From Planctomycetota bacterium (lineage in GTDB: Bacteria; Planctomycetota; UBA11346): a stretch of DNA of 64,000 nucleotides. How positions within the stretch are numbered: the stretch's first letter is position 1; every line of letters starts with the position of its first letter. Positions 1-9,409 of this stretch are shown here, piece after piece. A program made the translations under genes and the position numbers. Location of the stretch: positions 1 to 64,000 of the forward strand of contig JBBRLJ010000007.1 of assembly GCA_038231435.1 (NCBI GenBank). Direction: 5' to 3'. The notes under the pieces were generated by a model. It did not search any database and was not told where the DNA came from. It saw only the letters and a program-made list of their open reading frames with translations.

Positions 1-236
1 GCTCGATTTCTCCGCTGCGCTACGAAAACGTGGGCGGATGGCCTGCGGCCATTGTATCCGCCCACCGCCCCTCGGCGCCCGGTCACTTCGCTCCGGTTCA
101 GTCAGGGGGCTCCGCCCCTACGGCCCGTTTGGCCTACCCCACGGGCTTTGTCGGGGCTCGATTTCTCCGCTGCGCTACGAAATCGTGGGCGGATGGCCTA
201 CGGCCATTGTATCCGCCCACCGCCCCTCGGCGCCCG
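1..236. repeat. Two near-identical ~81-bp REP-like palindromic units (1-81 and 156-236, 155-bp period)
   Basis: Both copies read gctcgatttctccgctgcgctacgaaa(a/t)cgtgggcggatggcct(g/a)cggccattgtatccgcccaccgcccctcggcgcccg. Each has an internal hairpin gtgggcggat...atccgcccac. Intergenic, and may continue beyond the window edge. Confidence 0.8.
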
Positions 237-361
237 CCCCATCGCGGGGCGATGGGGCCTCCGGTTTTCTTGTGGGTTTTGCCTATCTCGGGTTCGCTGT
301 GTGCGTCGATGTTCGTTTCGAGACGCGTGGTAGGCGAGACGGGTAGAGGCTCGGAACGCAT

Positions 362-420
362 ACGAAACGACAACAGAGCACCGCGCGGTTTTGCCGCGCG
401 GTGCTCTGTTGTCGTTTCGT
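362..420. terminator. Perfect 27-bp-stem inverted repeat, likely terminator of the 432-1175 gene
   Basis: acgaaacgacaacagagcaccgcgcgg-ttttg-ccgcgcggtgctctgttgtcgtttcgt, 11 bp past the stop codon of the minus-strand gene. Confidence 0.65.
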
Positions 421-431
421 GAGGCTGGTGG

Positions 432-1175
432 TTAGAAGCCGGTGCCGGCGGGAGTGGGGGCCGGCGCGGGGGGTGCGCCGTCGCCGGGGGCGCCCGGGGG
501 CGGGGGATCCTGCGGGCCGCCGCGGCGGCCGCCGGGTCCGCGCTGCTGGTCGAGCAGCGCCTTGAGCTTCGTCATTTCTTCCGGGGAGAGGATCTCGGCG
601 GCCTTGGCCTCGGCCTTGGTGCGCTCCTCGGCCATCAGCTTCATGTTGCCGTCGCGGTCGCCGCCCTTGTTCTGGCGGAAGATGTCGCGGGTGGTGGCGC
701 GCAGGTCGTTCGCCAGCTTGGACAGCTGCTCGGCCTTCGTGTCATCGACGCCGAGCTGCTGCTTGATCGCATTGGCGTCGATGGGCGGCGGGCCGCCTTG
801 TCCGCCGCCGCCGCCCCATTGCGCGCGCATCTTCTGCATCTGGGCTTGCAGTTCGGCCTGCACGACCGCCTTGATGTGGTCGTCTCCGGCGGCGTCGCCC
901 GCGACCGCGGGAGCGCCAGAGCTGGCGGCCACCGGGGCCTCGGCCTTGGCCGCGGTCAGGCGCGCGACGTCGGCGGCGAGTGAGGCGACGCGCTTCTCGA
1001 GAGCGGCGGCGCGGTCCTCGGCGGCGATGATGCGCGCATCGTTCGCCGGTGGCGGCGGAGCCTGGGGCGCGCGCTGGTCATCAGGTCTCGGGGGCGGTGG
1101 TTTTGCGAGGCTCATGCCCGCGAGAACGATCGCGATCAGGGAGAGGATGAGGGCAAAGGCCGAGAGGGCGCGCAT
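432..1175 (-). CDS. Exported or membrane-anchored helical hypothetical protein (coiled coil, Spy/CpxP-like C-terminal part)
   Basis: 247 aa. N-terminal hydrophobic segment, coiled coil, 'EILSPEEMTKL' resembling LTxxQ motifs, Pro-rich tail. AGGAG RBS upstream. Confidence 0.7.
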   Translation of the reverse strand: MRALSAFALILSLIAIVLAGMSLAKPPPPRPDDQRAPQAPPPPANDARIIAAEDRAAALEKRVASLAADVARLTAAKAEAPVAASSGAPAVAGDAAGDDHIKAVVQAELQAQMQKMRAQWGGGGGQGGPPPIDANAIKQQLGVDDTKAEQLSKLANDLRATTRDIFRQNKGGDRDGNMKLMAEERTKAEAKAAEILSPEEMTKLKALLDQQRGPGGRRGGPQDPPPPGAPGDGAPPAPAPTPAGTGF

Positions 1176-1288
1176 GGGAACTCCTGGATGCAGCCGGCGG
1201 GGCTGACGGCAATTACGGCTTGCGAGGCATGGAGGCTAACCGGGCCCGGATGACGGATCCATGACGAGGGGCTCGGTCGTGACGGGCG

Positions 1289-2464
1289 TCAGGCGCGGAA
1301 TCCCGCCACGCGCTTGCGTATCGCCGATTCGAAGGATCCCTGCTTCACCGCGAGCATGCGCCGCATCTCGGGCTCTTCGAAGGCGCGGCGCTCGGCGCCC
1401 GGCAGGCGTTTGGCGAGACGTTCAAGCGGCCCGTCGAGACGCGCGACGATGCCGGCCAGGGCGCGGTAGTAGCCCGCTTGTCCGGGGATCTTGCGGCAGC
1501 CCGCGATCAGCGCCGCGGCCACCTCGGCGCGGTCGTCCTCGTCCAGGGCGGCGTGGGTCGCGACGATCCCGCCCCACTCGTCCAGGAAGGGCGCCATCGG
1601 CAGCAGCAGGTCGGCCGACGCGCGGAGGGGCTTCACCGCGCGCAGCGGGTAGTTGCGGTGGCCCTCGGCGGCGAGGGTGACCTTGTAGATGCGCGCGGCG
1701 AGCTGGAAGGCGCCGCCGTGGGGCGAGATGTTCTCGTGCGCCAGGCGCGCGAAGCGCGCACGATGCGCGGCGACCGCGGCGTCGTCGGGCGCCCAGAACG
1801 AGATGCCCTGGTCGAGGTCGCCGACGTTGTGCGTGAGCACCGCTGCGAGACGCGCCGCGTCGAGCTCGGCGCCGTCGGTGCGCAGGGTGGCGTTGAAGAT
1901 CCGCGCCTCGCGCGCGAGCTCCTCGTCGATCGCGGCGGCGACCGCCGCCGCGCCCGGCTCATCGCCCTTGTGCGCGAGCGCGGCGAGCGCGCCAGTGAGC
2001 ACCGACAGGTATTCGCCATCGTGGCCGCTGACCGGGCGCTCGCGCGGGAGCGCCACGGCGCGCGCCGAGACGCCGCAAATATCCCAGCCGCGCGCCGCGA
2101 GCGTGAATGCGACGCGCCGCTTCAGGCTGCCGGTGCCCATGCCCTGCTGCCACAGCACGCCGCGGATCTTGGCGTCGACGTCGGTGGGGATGTAGGTGGC
2201 GACGGTGGCGTGGTGGCAGGCGAGGCAGAGCGCGAAGTAGTCGTCGCGCGACGGCGAGAAGTCTGGCTGCTCGGCCGCGCGCAGGATGCGCAGCCAGCCG
2301 CGGGGCTCGGCCGCGGCGGACAGCACGTCGGCTGGCGGGGCGCTCGCCGCGGAATCCGCCTGGCCCGTGGACAGTCCCGTGAACAGGAAGGGGGCGGTAT
2401 TGCGTACCAGCGCGACCAGGTTCGCCGGTCCGATCATGCCGGAGAACTGGGCTACATCGGCCAT
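1289..2464 (-). CDS. Hypothetical protein (~391 aa, helical, with His/Asp-rich motifs)
   Basis: Protein-like sequence from MADVAQF. Motifs CHHATV, GHDGE, THNVGDLDQG, EGHRNYPLR. The upstream part of the 538-aa ORF overlaps the divergent gene and looks non-coding. Confidence 0.7.
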   Translation of the reverse strand: MADVAQFSGMIGPANLVALVRNTAPFLFTGLSTGQADSAASAPPADVLSAAAEPRGWLRILRAAEQPDFSPSRDDYFALCLACHHATVATYIPTDVDAKIRGVLWQQGMGTGSLKRRVAFTLAARGWDICGVSARAVALPRERPVSGHDGEYLSVLTGALAALAHKGDEPGAAAVAAAIDEELAREARIFNATLRTDGAELDAARLAAVLTHNVGDLDQGISFWAPDDAAVAAHRARFARLAHENISPHGGAFQLAARIYKVTLAAEGHRNYPLRAVKPLRASADLLLPMAPFLDEWGGIVATHAALDEDDRAEVAAALIAGCRKIPGQAGYYRALAGIVARLDGPLERLAKRLPGAERRAFEEPEMRRMLAVKQGSFESAIRKRVAGFRA

Positions 2465-2711
2465 GCATCCCGCCTCGGCGTGCGCCGGGTCCCCCACCGT
2501 GCCAGCCGCCTCAGTCCGCATGCCGTGGCCGCCATCTCCGCAGTGTCGCGGGGCCGGCGGGCGCTGACAAGGCAAGGCCGGTGCCCCCGAAGGCCGCCCC
2601 AGGGCCGGCCTGGGCCATCTGCAAGCATCTTGGGCTCGTAGAAGCGTTTGCCTTGGGGCCATGGAGAGCGACCAGGAGGGCATACACTGACCATGGATCA
2701 TAGGAGGAACC

Positions 2712-3125
2712 ATGAGCGAGCCTTGGTTGGCTGCGGATACCGCCGGTCTCCTCACCGGCATCGTCGGCGGCGTGCTGGTCGCGGTCTGCGCTCTGTTCGG
2801 CGGACTCAGCCGTTGGCTCGCTCGTCGCGGCGACGGCCGTCCGATGGTGGCTACCGGATTCGTGGTGCTCGGCGCGATCGGACTCATCGGCGTGGGGTGC
2901 GGCATCGCCGCGATGGCGTCTGCGCAGCCGACCTACCTGTGGTCGCCCGCGCTGTTCATCGGCATCGCGGTCCTGGCATCGCTGGCGATGGGCCTGCCGG
3001 GCATCGTCATGCGCTACCGCAAGGCGCGTCAGCGTCGCGATCTCAATGATCTCGCGACGCAGCTGGTGTCGGGCACGTCGTCGCGGGTGTTGGCGAAGAT
3101 TGACAGCTCGCGCCGCTGGCGCTGA
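2712..3125 (+). CDS. Small membrane protein (3 predicted TM segments)
   Basis: Strong AGGAGG RBS and three hydrophobic segments. Confidence 0.75.
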   Translation: MSEPWLAADTAGLLTGIVGGVLVAVCALFGGLSRWLARRGDGRPMVATGFVVLGAIGLIGVGCGIAAMASAQPTYLWSPALFIGIAVLASLAMGLPGIVMRYRKARQRRDLNDLATQLVSGTSSRVLAKIDSSRRWR

Positions 3126-3171
3126 ATGGCTCTGCTCTAGCTCCGCTCGGATCGGGCCGCCTCGCTTCCGC

Positions 3172-3417
3172 CTACTTCCGGATCAGATTCGCGGGCGCGA
3201 TCAGCTCGACGAACTCCCGCCCCACATCCAGGAACGCGGTCGCGAACAGGCGTTCGCCCTGCTTGTCGTAGACCGTGGCGTCGGTGACCGCGAGGAAATC
3301 CTTCACCGTGCGGATGAAGTCGGTCAGGCGCGCCCCGGGCACCAGCGCGATGCGTCCCTCGATGCGATACGAATCGGTATAGATCACGATCGCGGTCGTA
3401 TCGTCGCTCATGCCCAT
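3172..3417 (-). CDS. Small conserved hypothetical protein (DUF6812-like)
   Basis: IYTDSYRIEGRI...RLTDFI...FLAVTDA pattern and GGAG RBS. Confidence 0.7.
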   Translation of the reverse strand: MGMSDDTTAIVIYTDSYRIEGRIALVPGARLTDFIRTVKDFLAVTDATVYDKQGERLFATAFLDVGREFVELIAPANLIRK

Positions 3418-3757
3418 GGTGCTCCCGTCCTGATGATTAACACCAGAGCAGAGGCGGCGCCACGGCTTACTGACCGTCCTCGCCCCGCGTCAGCGGTCAG
3501 TACGTAAGTATCTGCATTACAGACAGTTGAGACTTACGCCGCGACGATGGCGCTGAGACAATGGTTGCGGCCCGGGCTTCCGGCAGTCTAATGCGCCGCT
3601 CACATTGGGACCGCCGGACGCTCTGCGCCGCGGACCCTGCCTGAGCCGCAACGCCTCGTTGCACCTGGATTTCAAAGGCCCGATGAAGCGGACGGTCGTC
3701 CGCGCCGGGCCACAGGTTCGAGGCCGGCTCGGCGCTCATTGACAAGTCAGGAACCAC

Positions 3758-6700
3758 ATGACCGATAGCACAGAACTCGCCTCGTTGACGATCAAGGATC
3801 TCCGTCAGCTGGCAGGCGAGCACAACATCCAGAACCGCAGCAGACTCGGAAAGGAAGAGCTCATCAACGCGCTCCAAGAGGCCTTGGCCTCGAAGGGCGC
3901 CCAACCAGCCGCCAGCGATGCTCCGGCGGAGGCCAAGGCCTCCGCCGCCGGCACGCCGTCTGGCGCCCTGGCCTCCGATGATGCTCCCGGAGACGACGAG
4001 CCCGCGCCCATCGTGCGCGCGACCGTGAGCGAGCCGGCCAGCGAGCCGGAGATGCTGACTGCTGAAAGCGTGGCGATGCTCGCCGAGCGTCCTCCGAGCG
4101 CCGGCAACGGTCGGGCTCCGGCGCGCGAATCTCGCGGCGGTGAATCCCGCGGTGAGGGTCGCGGCGGCAATCGCGGCGGCGACCATCGCAGCGGCGATCG
4201 CGGCGAAGCCAGGATGGACGAACGCGGTGCCGGCGACGAGCACCAGCAGTCCGGATCCGATGACGGTCATGGCGATGGCCAAGGCGATGGCTCCCAGCCT
4301 GGAGAGAGCGCGCCTGGCGAAGGCATGGCTGGGGAAGGTGGCGGTCGTCGCCGCCGCCGCCGCCGCCGTGGCCGCGGTCGCGGCCGCCGCGATGGCGAGA
4401 ACGGTCAGGACCAGGGCTTCTCGGGTCCCGCGGGTGAGCAGGGCGCCAACGGCGCGGATGGCGCGGGCGATCGCGAAGGCGGTTCCCAGGATGCGCGCGA
4501 TCACGATGAGGGCGAGTCCGAGGGCGACGCCGGCGACATGCCCGGCGCAGTTCCTGGCGGCATAGCCGCCGAACCGCGCGGTGATCGCCCGCGCGGCGAT
4601 GCCCGAGGACCGGACGGCGACCGTCCGCGCGATCCCCGGCGCGACCAGCAGCGCGATGGCGGACGCCGAGATGACCGTGGCCCCCGTCCGCAGCAGCCTC
4701 AGCAGAATCCTCAGCCGAATGCCCAGCAGCAGCGTCCGCCGCAGGTCCAGCCTCCGCGCCAGGGCCAGCAGCCCGCGGGGCAGGGCCAGCGTCCGGATCC
4801 GCGCAACGATCGTCAGAATGATCGTCCCAACGATCGTCCGAACGATCGTCCGAACGATCGTCAGAATGATCGCCCCCAAGATTCCCGTGGCGATCAGCGC
4901 CGCGACCCGCGCGATCAGCCCCGCCAGGGCGATCAGTCGCGTCAGCCGCGTCCGCGCCTCGACGGCCCCCAGCGTCCGGTGCCGAGCGTGCTCGATCGGC
5001 TGTGCGTGTTCAGCAAGGGCATCCTCGAGTTGTGCAATCCCGAGACGCCGTCATGGGCGCAGCCGCGGTTGAGCGAATTGCTCGCCGAGGCCGGCATGGT
5101 CATGGTGCCCGCCACCGGCCAGCCGCACGCCGATTTCCATGATGTCCTTGGCGCCATCCCGACCAAGAACGTCCCTCCCGGCCACATCGCCGAGATGGTG
5201 TCGCCGGGCTTCGCCCTGCGCGGCGATCGCGGAGATCTGTTCGCGCTGAAGAAGGCGCGCGTGCGCGTCGCCGAGGGCGGCGTCGTCACCGAGCCGCCGC
5301 GACCGGCGCCCACTGCGCCGGCTCCGGCCACGCCCACGGACGAGACGTCTTCGCGTGATGCCGGCGGTCTCGCATCCGATGCCGGCATCGAGGAGATCGG
5401 GCCAGGTTCCGTGGCCGCTCCCTCCGCTCCTTCCACGCCATCCGCCCCCGGTGAAGGCGCCGATGGCGCCAGTCTCGGCGGCTCCGCCCACGCGGCGGCG
5501 CCCGCCGCCGCTCCGGCGCCTCGCCACGGTGATCGACACGATGATCGTCCGCGCGATTCCTCGCATGGCCGCGACGGCGGACGCCGCGGCGACGACCGTT
5601 CCGGTCGCCGTGGGGACGATCGTTCCAGGCCGCCTCGCCGCGACGATCGCGGTCCTCGCGATGGCGACCGCCAGCGCGACGACGAGCGCGCGCCCGAAGG
5701 CGCCGATGTGGCCGACGGTCCGGCCACGGATGCGCCCGCCGCTTCGCGCGTGACCCCGCGCGCGCCGATGCCGCCTCCGGCGGTCGGCCGTCCGCCGCTA
5801 CGCACGCACGGTACCGAAGCCGCGGGCGACGCGCCCCGGCTGCCGCTAGCGATGCAGGTGCCGGACGAGCTCGCCACCCGGCCCAAGGCCGAGGGCTTCC
5901 GCGCGCTCGGTCTGAACGACCAGATCCTCGCCGATCTCGCCGCCATCGGCTACTCGGCGCCGACGCCGATCCAGGAAGAGGCGATCCCGGTGGTGCTTTC
6001 GGGCAAGGATCTGCTCGGCCAGGCGCAGACCGGCACCGGCAAGACCGCGGCCTTCGCGCTGCCGATCCTGCAGAAGCTCTACGCGGCCGAGGGCGATGGC
6101 CCGGTCGCGCTGGTGCTGTGCCCGACGCGCGAACTCGCGCGCCAGGTCGCCGGCGAATTCACGCGCATGGCCGGCGCCAGCGGCGCCCGCTCGGTGGTGA
6201 TCTACGGCGGCGTGCCGATGGATGACCAGGTGCGTTCGCTCGAACGCAAGCCGCACGTCGTCATCGGCACCCCGGGACGCATCATCGATCACATGCGCCG
6301 CAAGATCCTCGACCTCTCGCGCCTGCAGATCGCGGTGCTCGACGAGGCCGACCAGATGCTCGACATCGGCTTCTGGCCGGACGTCAACTTCATCATTTCG
6401 CACACCCCGCCCCAGCGCCAGACGCTGTTGTTCTCGGCGACCTTCCCCGAGCCGGTGAAGATCCTCGCCGAGAAGCACATGAAGGATCCGGTCTCGGTGC
6501 GCATCCAGCCCAAGCACGTGACCGTCGAGCAGGTCGACCAGAAGTACATCGCCGTCGCCCGCGATCGGAAGAACGAGTTGCTCGCGCACTTCATCGACAC
6601 GCAGAAGCCAGAGCAGCTGCTGGTGTTCTGCCGCACCAAGCACCAGACCGATCGCGTCGCCGAGGTGCTCAAGCGCAAGCACATGTCTGCCGCCGCCATC

Positions 6701-7117
6701 CACGGCGATCTGCCGCAATCGAAGCGCGAGAAGACCCTGCTGTCGTTCCGCAATCGCGAGCTGCAGTGCCTGATCGCGACCAACGTCGCCGCGCGCGGTC
6801 TCGACATCCCGTCGGTGTCGCACGTCGTCAATTACGACATCCCCGAGATGCCAGAAGAGTACGTCCATCGCATCGGGCGTACCGCGCGCAACGGCGCCCA
6901 GGGCGTCGCGCGCACCTTCATCACTCCCGAGGACGGCCAGTTCCTGGTCGAGATCGAGAAGCACATCGGCCTGCTGCTGGAAGAGGAGCACATCGAGGGC
7001 TTCACGCAGGAGCACGCCGCCGCCGAGGTGAAGCGCTCGATCGCCGAGATGCCGGTGGGCCAGCCCCGCATCCTCAAGCCCCTGGTGGGCGGCATCAGGC
7101 TCGGCCGTCGCCGCTAG
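3758..7117 (+). CDS. DEAD-box RNA helicase with N-terminal Rho-N-like domain, long low-complexity regions and an internal GrpE-like segment
   Basis: Q motif (FRALGL...PTPIQ), AQTGTGKT, PTRELA, GTPGR, LDEADQML, SAT, ARGLD, YVHRIGRTAR. The N-terminus 'LASLTIKDLRQLAGEHNIQNRSRLGKEELINAL' is Rho-N-like. Confidence 0.9.
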   Translation: MTDSTELASLTIKDLRQLAGEHNIQNRSRLGKEELINALQEALASKGAQPAASDAPAEAKASAAGTPSGALASDDAPGDDEPAPIVRATVSEPASEPEMLTAESVAMLAERPPSAGNGRAPARESRGGESRGEGRGGNRGGDHRSGDRGEARMDERGAGDEHQQSGSDDGHGDGQGDGSQPGESAPGEGMAGEGGGRRRRRRRRGRGRGRRDGENGQDQGFSGPAGEQGANGADGAGDREGGSQDARDHDEGESEGDAGDMPGAVPGGIAAEPRGDRPRGDARGPDGDRPRDPRRDQQRDGGRRDDRGPRPQQPQQNPQPNAQQQRPPQVQPPRQGQQPAGQGQRPDPRNDRQNDRPNDRPNDRPNDRQNDRPQDSRGDQRRDPRDQPRQGDQSRQPRPRLDGPQRPVPSVLDRLCVFSKGILELCNPETPSWAQPRLSELLAEAGMVMVPATGQPHADFHDVLGAIPTKNVPPGHIAEMVSPGFALRGDRGDLFALKKARVRVAEGGVVTEPPRPAPTAPAPATPTDETSSRDAGGLASDAGIEEIGPGSVAAPSAPSTPSAPGEGADGASLGGSAHAAAPAAAPAPRHGDRHDDRPRDSSHGRDGGRRGDDRSGRRGDDRSRPPRRDDRGPRDGDRQRDDERAPEGADVADGPATDAPAASRVTPRAPMPPPAVGRPPLRTHGTEAAGDAPRLPLAMQVPDELATRPKAEGFRALGLNDQILADLAAIGYSAPTPIQEEAIPVVLSGKDLLGQAQTGTGKTAAFALPILQKLYAAEGDGPVALVLCPTRELARQVAGEFTRMAGASGARSVVIYGGVPMDDQVRSLERKPHVVIGTPGRIIDHMRRKILDLSRLQIAVLDEADQMLDIGFWPDVNFIISHTPPQRQTLLFSATFPEPVKILAEKHMKDPVSVRIQPKHVTVEQVDQKYIAVARDRKNELLAHFIDTQKPEQLLVFCRTKHQTDRVAEVLKRKHMSAAAIHGDLPQSKREKTLLSFRNRELQCLIATNVAARGLDIPSVSHVVNYDIPEMPEEYVHRIGRTARNGAQGVARTFITPEDGQFLVEIEKHIGLLLEEEHIEGFTQEHAAAEVKRSIAEMPVGQPRILKPLVGGIRLGRRR
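4805..4876 (+). repeat. Six 12-bp tandem units encoding NDR(Q/P) inside the helicase disordered region
   Basis: aacgatcgtcag aatgatcgtccc aacgatcgtccg aacgatcgtccg aacgatcgtcag aatgatcgcccc. Confidence 0.85.
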
Positions 7118-7263
7118 TCCGTCGTCGCTGAAGGGTCGGCGGCGAGCAAGGGTGGCGAGGGTGGCGAGGGGGCGATGGTGGGCGCGTCCGTCATCGCCCG
7201 TGGCCGTCCCATGCTCCGCCAGCGCACGTTGCACGCCGCGCGTGGCGATCTACAAGTTCGATC

Positions 7264-8205
7264 ATGATCCCAGCGCCGCATGCCGCTCCGCTCCTCGCCC
7301 TGCTCGCCTGCCTGGTGGGATGCCTGCTGGCGGGAGGCTGCGCGATGCGCGGATCGCGCCCGACCAGCGAGAGCGGGCTGCAATACACCGTCCAGGATGG
7401 CGATACTCTGACCAGCGTGTCGGCGCGCTACAACGTCGACATCGAGCAGATCGTCAAGGTCAACAGATTGCGCAGCCGTGATCTCGAGCCCGGACAGCGC
7501 CTGGTGCTGCCCGGAGTATCGATGTATGCGATCGAGCCAACGCCGGTGATCGCCGATCAGCCGGTCGCGCCCGTCGAGGACGAGAGCTGGTATGTACCAC
7601 GTTCTGCCTGGGCCGTCGAGCCGATCGACCTCAGCAACATCGATCCGATGACGCGGATCTACCGGCTGACCGTGCACCACTCCGGCGACGAGGACGACAC
7701 CTCCGACGCTCCGGTCGACGCGCTGCGCCATTTCGAGAAGATCCACAAGCACACCAAGGGCTGGGCGTGTATCGGCTACCACTTCATCATCGACAAGCAC
7801 GGCCGCGTCTACGAAGGCCGGCCGCTTATCTATCAGGGCGCGCACGCCGTGGGCGACAACAACATCGGCAACATCGGCATCTGCCTGATCGGCGATTTCG
7901 ACCGCGAGCCGGTGCCGGCCGAGCAGCGCGCGTCGCTGATCGTGACCCTCGACCGGCTGTGCGACCGCTACGGGATCGAGAAAGCGCAGATCTTCGGCCA
8001 TCGCGAGTTCAAGGCGACGGATTGCCCGGGCCGCTACCTGATGCCGATCGTCGAGCAGTACCGCGGCATCGGTGACGGTGAGCTCGGTCCGCCGGTGCCC
8101 GCTGCCCGTTCGTCCTCGAGCGTGGCCAAGTCCACCTCGTCCCATTCGGCGGTGAGCGCCAAGTCGACGAACAAGACGACGACGCGGAAGAGCACGAAGC
8201 GCTGA
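7264..8205 (+). CDS. LysM-domain N-acetylmuramoyl-L-alanine amidase (Amidase_2/PGRP-like), probable lipoprotein
   Basis: Signal ending LAGGC. LysM YTVQDGDTLTSVSARYNV...LEPGQRLVLP. Amidase motifs VHHS, IGYHFII, GRP..GAHA, GHRE..TDCPG. Confidence 0.9.
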   Translation: MIPAPHAAPLLALLACLVGCLLAGGCAMRGSRPTSESGLQYTVQDGDTLTSVSARYNVDIEQIVKVNRLRSRDLEPGQRLVLPGVSMYAIEPTPVIADQPVAPVEDESWYVPRSAWAVEPIDLSNIDPMTRIYRLTVHHSGDEDDTSDAPVDALRHFEKIHKHTKGWACIGYHFIIDKHGRVYEGRPLIYQGAHAVGDNNIGNIGICLIGDFDREPVPAEQRASLIVTLDRLCDRYGIEKAQIFGHREFKATDCPGRYLMPIVEQYRGIGDGELGPPVPAARSSSSVAKSTSSHSAVSAKSTNKTTTRKSTKR

Positions 8206-8254
8206 GCGCGCCTGTTGACCCCCCGTGGCACCCTTCCATACTTCGCCTCCCCAC

Positions 8255-8341
8255 GCGCGGGTGGCGGAATTGGCAGACGCACTAGCTTGAGGTGCTAGCC
8301 GTAGCAATACGATGGGGGTTCGAGTCCCCCCTCGCGCACCA
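8255..8341 (+). tRNA. tRNA-Leu (anticodon GAG)
   Basis: Acceptor GCGCGGG/CTCGCGC plus ACCA. D-arm GGCGGAATTGGCAGACGC. Anticodon arm ctagc-TTGAGGT-gctag. Long variable arm. T-loop GGTTCGAGTCC. Confidence 0.95.
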
Positions 8342-8346
8342 GGATG

Positions 8347-8374
8347 GTAAACCCTAGCGTAAGCTAGGGTTTAC
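8347..8374 (+). terminator. Hairpin just after tRNA-Leu
   Basis: gtaaaccctagc-gtaa-gctagggtttac. Confidence 0.6.
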
Positions 8375-8565
8375 GCATTTGGCGAGGGCCGTATCCATCA
8401 TGGCTTGGCTGGGCATCGAGCATGCCCTGGCGATATGGGAGCCAGGGTCGAATCTGTTCGAGTGGACGTTACGCCGCGCCGAGGTGTCGCCGTGCTCGCG
8501 GGCCGATGGCCGCCAGCCGGTTGGTCACGGCGTCACGCGTGAGGTCCGCGCAGCTGAGGGGCGGA

Positions 8566-9339
8566 TCACGGACCGGATGTCTCCGCGAGCGCATCCCCAT
8601 GAGCGCGGATGTACGCCCGCAGCAAGCCAATGATGTTGTCGCTGCGCCGTTGTTCGCGGAATTGCTGGTCGATCTCCGCGAACGGATTCTCGCGCCGGCG
8701 TTTCTCGTGCAGGTCGAGCGGTCCAGCGGTGTGGGCGACCGCATCCTCTGCGGCCGGTCGCTCGCTCATGGCCTTGGCCAGGGCGATCACCTCGGCCACC
8801 TTGGGAGCGCCGATCGCCTCATAGGCCTGGGCGATGTCATCGAGTGACGCCATGTTCGGTGCCTGGACTGCGAGCAGCGCGGAGAATCCCTGGAAGGCGT
8901 GCGTCGGCGCCCCTGGAGGCAGGTCGTCCTCCACCCAGGACAGGGCGAGTACATGCTTGGCTGGAAGCGGCATCGACCGCCATTTGCTCATCCTGCTGGG
9001 AACGCCAGCCACCTTGAGGCGGAGATCGGACGTGACCCGGGCGATGACCTGCGTCTCGGGGCAGGCAGTGATTTCGGGAGACGACATCGCGGGCGGGCCG
9101 GGCAGGACGAGCTTCTTCGCCGGCCAATACGCGAAGAGCAGACCTCCAGCCAGCAACGCCGAGATGGCGAGGAGCCAGTGCTTCCGTTGCGAACTGGAAT
9201 CGTCGGCGAGGTGCTGGGATCGGGGCACGCTGGTGGTTTTGGTCTTCACGGGTGCCATGGATGCCTGCTTTCCCTGCGCGCGCGGAGTCGAGGCCGGCCG
9301 CGGTTTGGCCTGCGTGAGCGGAACGGTCGTCGTCGGCAT
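8566..9339 (-). CDS. Single-TM hypothetical protein with possible DUF4375/DMP19-like C-terminal domain
   Basis: TM WLLAISALLAGGLLFAYWP. 'DDIAQAYEAIGAPKVAEVI...NPFAEIDQQF...LLRAYIRAH' resembles DUF4375. GGAG precedes the ATG at 9339 (alternative start 9351). Confidence 0.6.
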   Translation of the reverse strand: MPTTTVPLTQAKPRPASTPRAQGKQASMAPVKTKTTSVPRSQHLADDSSSQRKHWLLAISALLAGGLLFAYWPAKKLVLPGPPAMSSPEITACPETQVIARVTSDLRLKVAGVPSRMSKWRSMPLPAKHVLALSWVEDDLPPGAPTHAFQGFSALLAVQAPNMASLDDIAQAYEAIGAPKVAEVIALAKAMSERPAAEDAVAHTAGPLDLHEKRRRENPFAEIDQQFREQRRSDNIIGLLRAYIRAHGDALAETSGP

Positions 9340-9409
9340 GGCGCTCTCCATTCTGTACTGGGCCTCTGTCTGAGCTCTGTTCTAGGCACTGTCATCGGCG
9401 TTCCGCGGT

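Noticed and set aside
1..236. Possible CRISPR array
   Set aside because: Only two units, the ~81-bp repeat is too long, and there are no cas genes. Better explained as REP-like.
3758..3900. Calling this gene rho
   Set aside because: Only the small Rho-N-like helix bundle is present. The ATPase is an SF2 DEAD-box core, not the Rho RecA-type domain.
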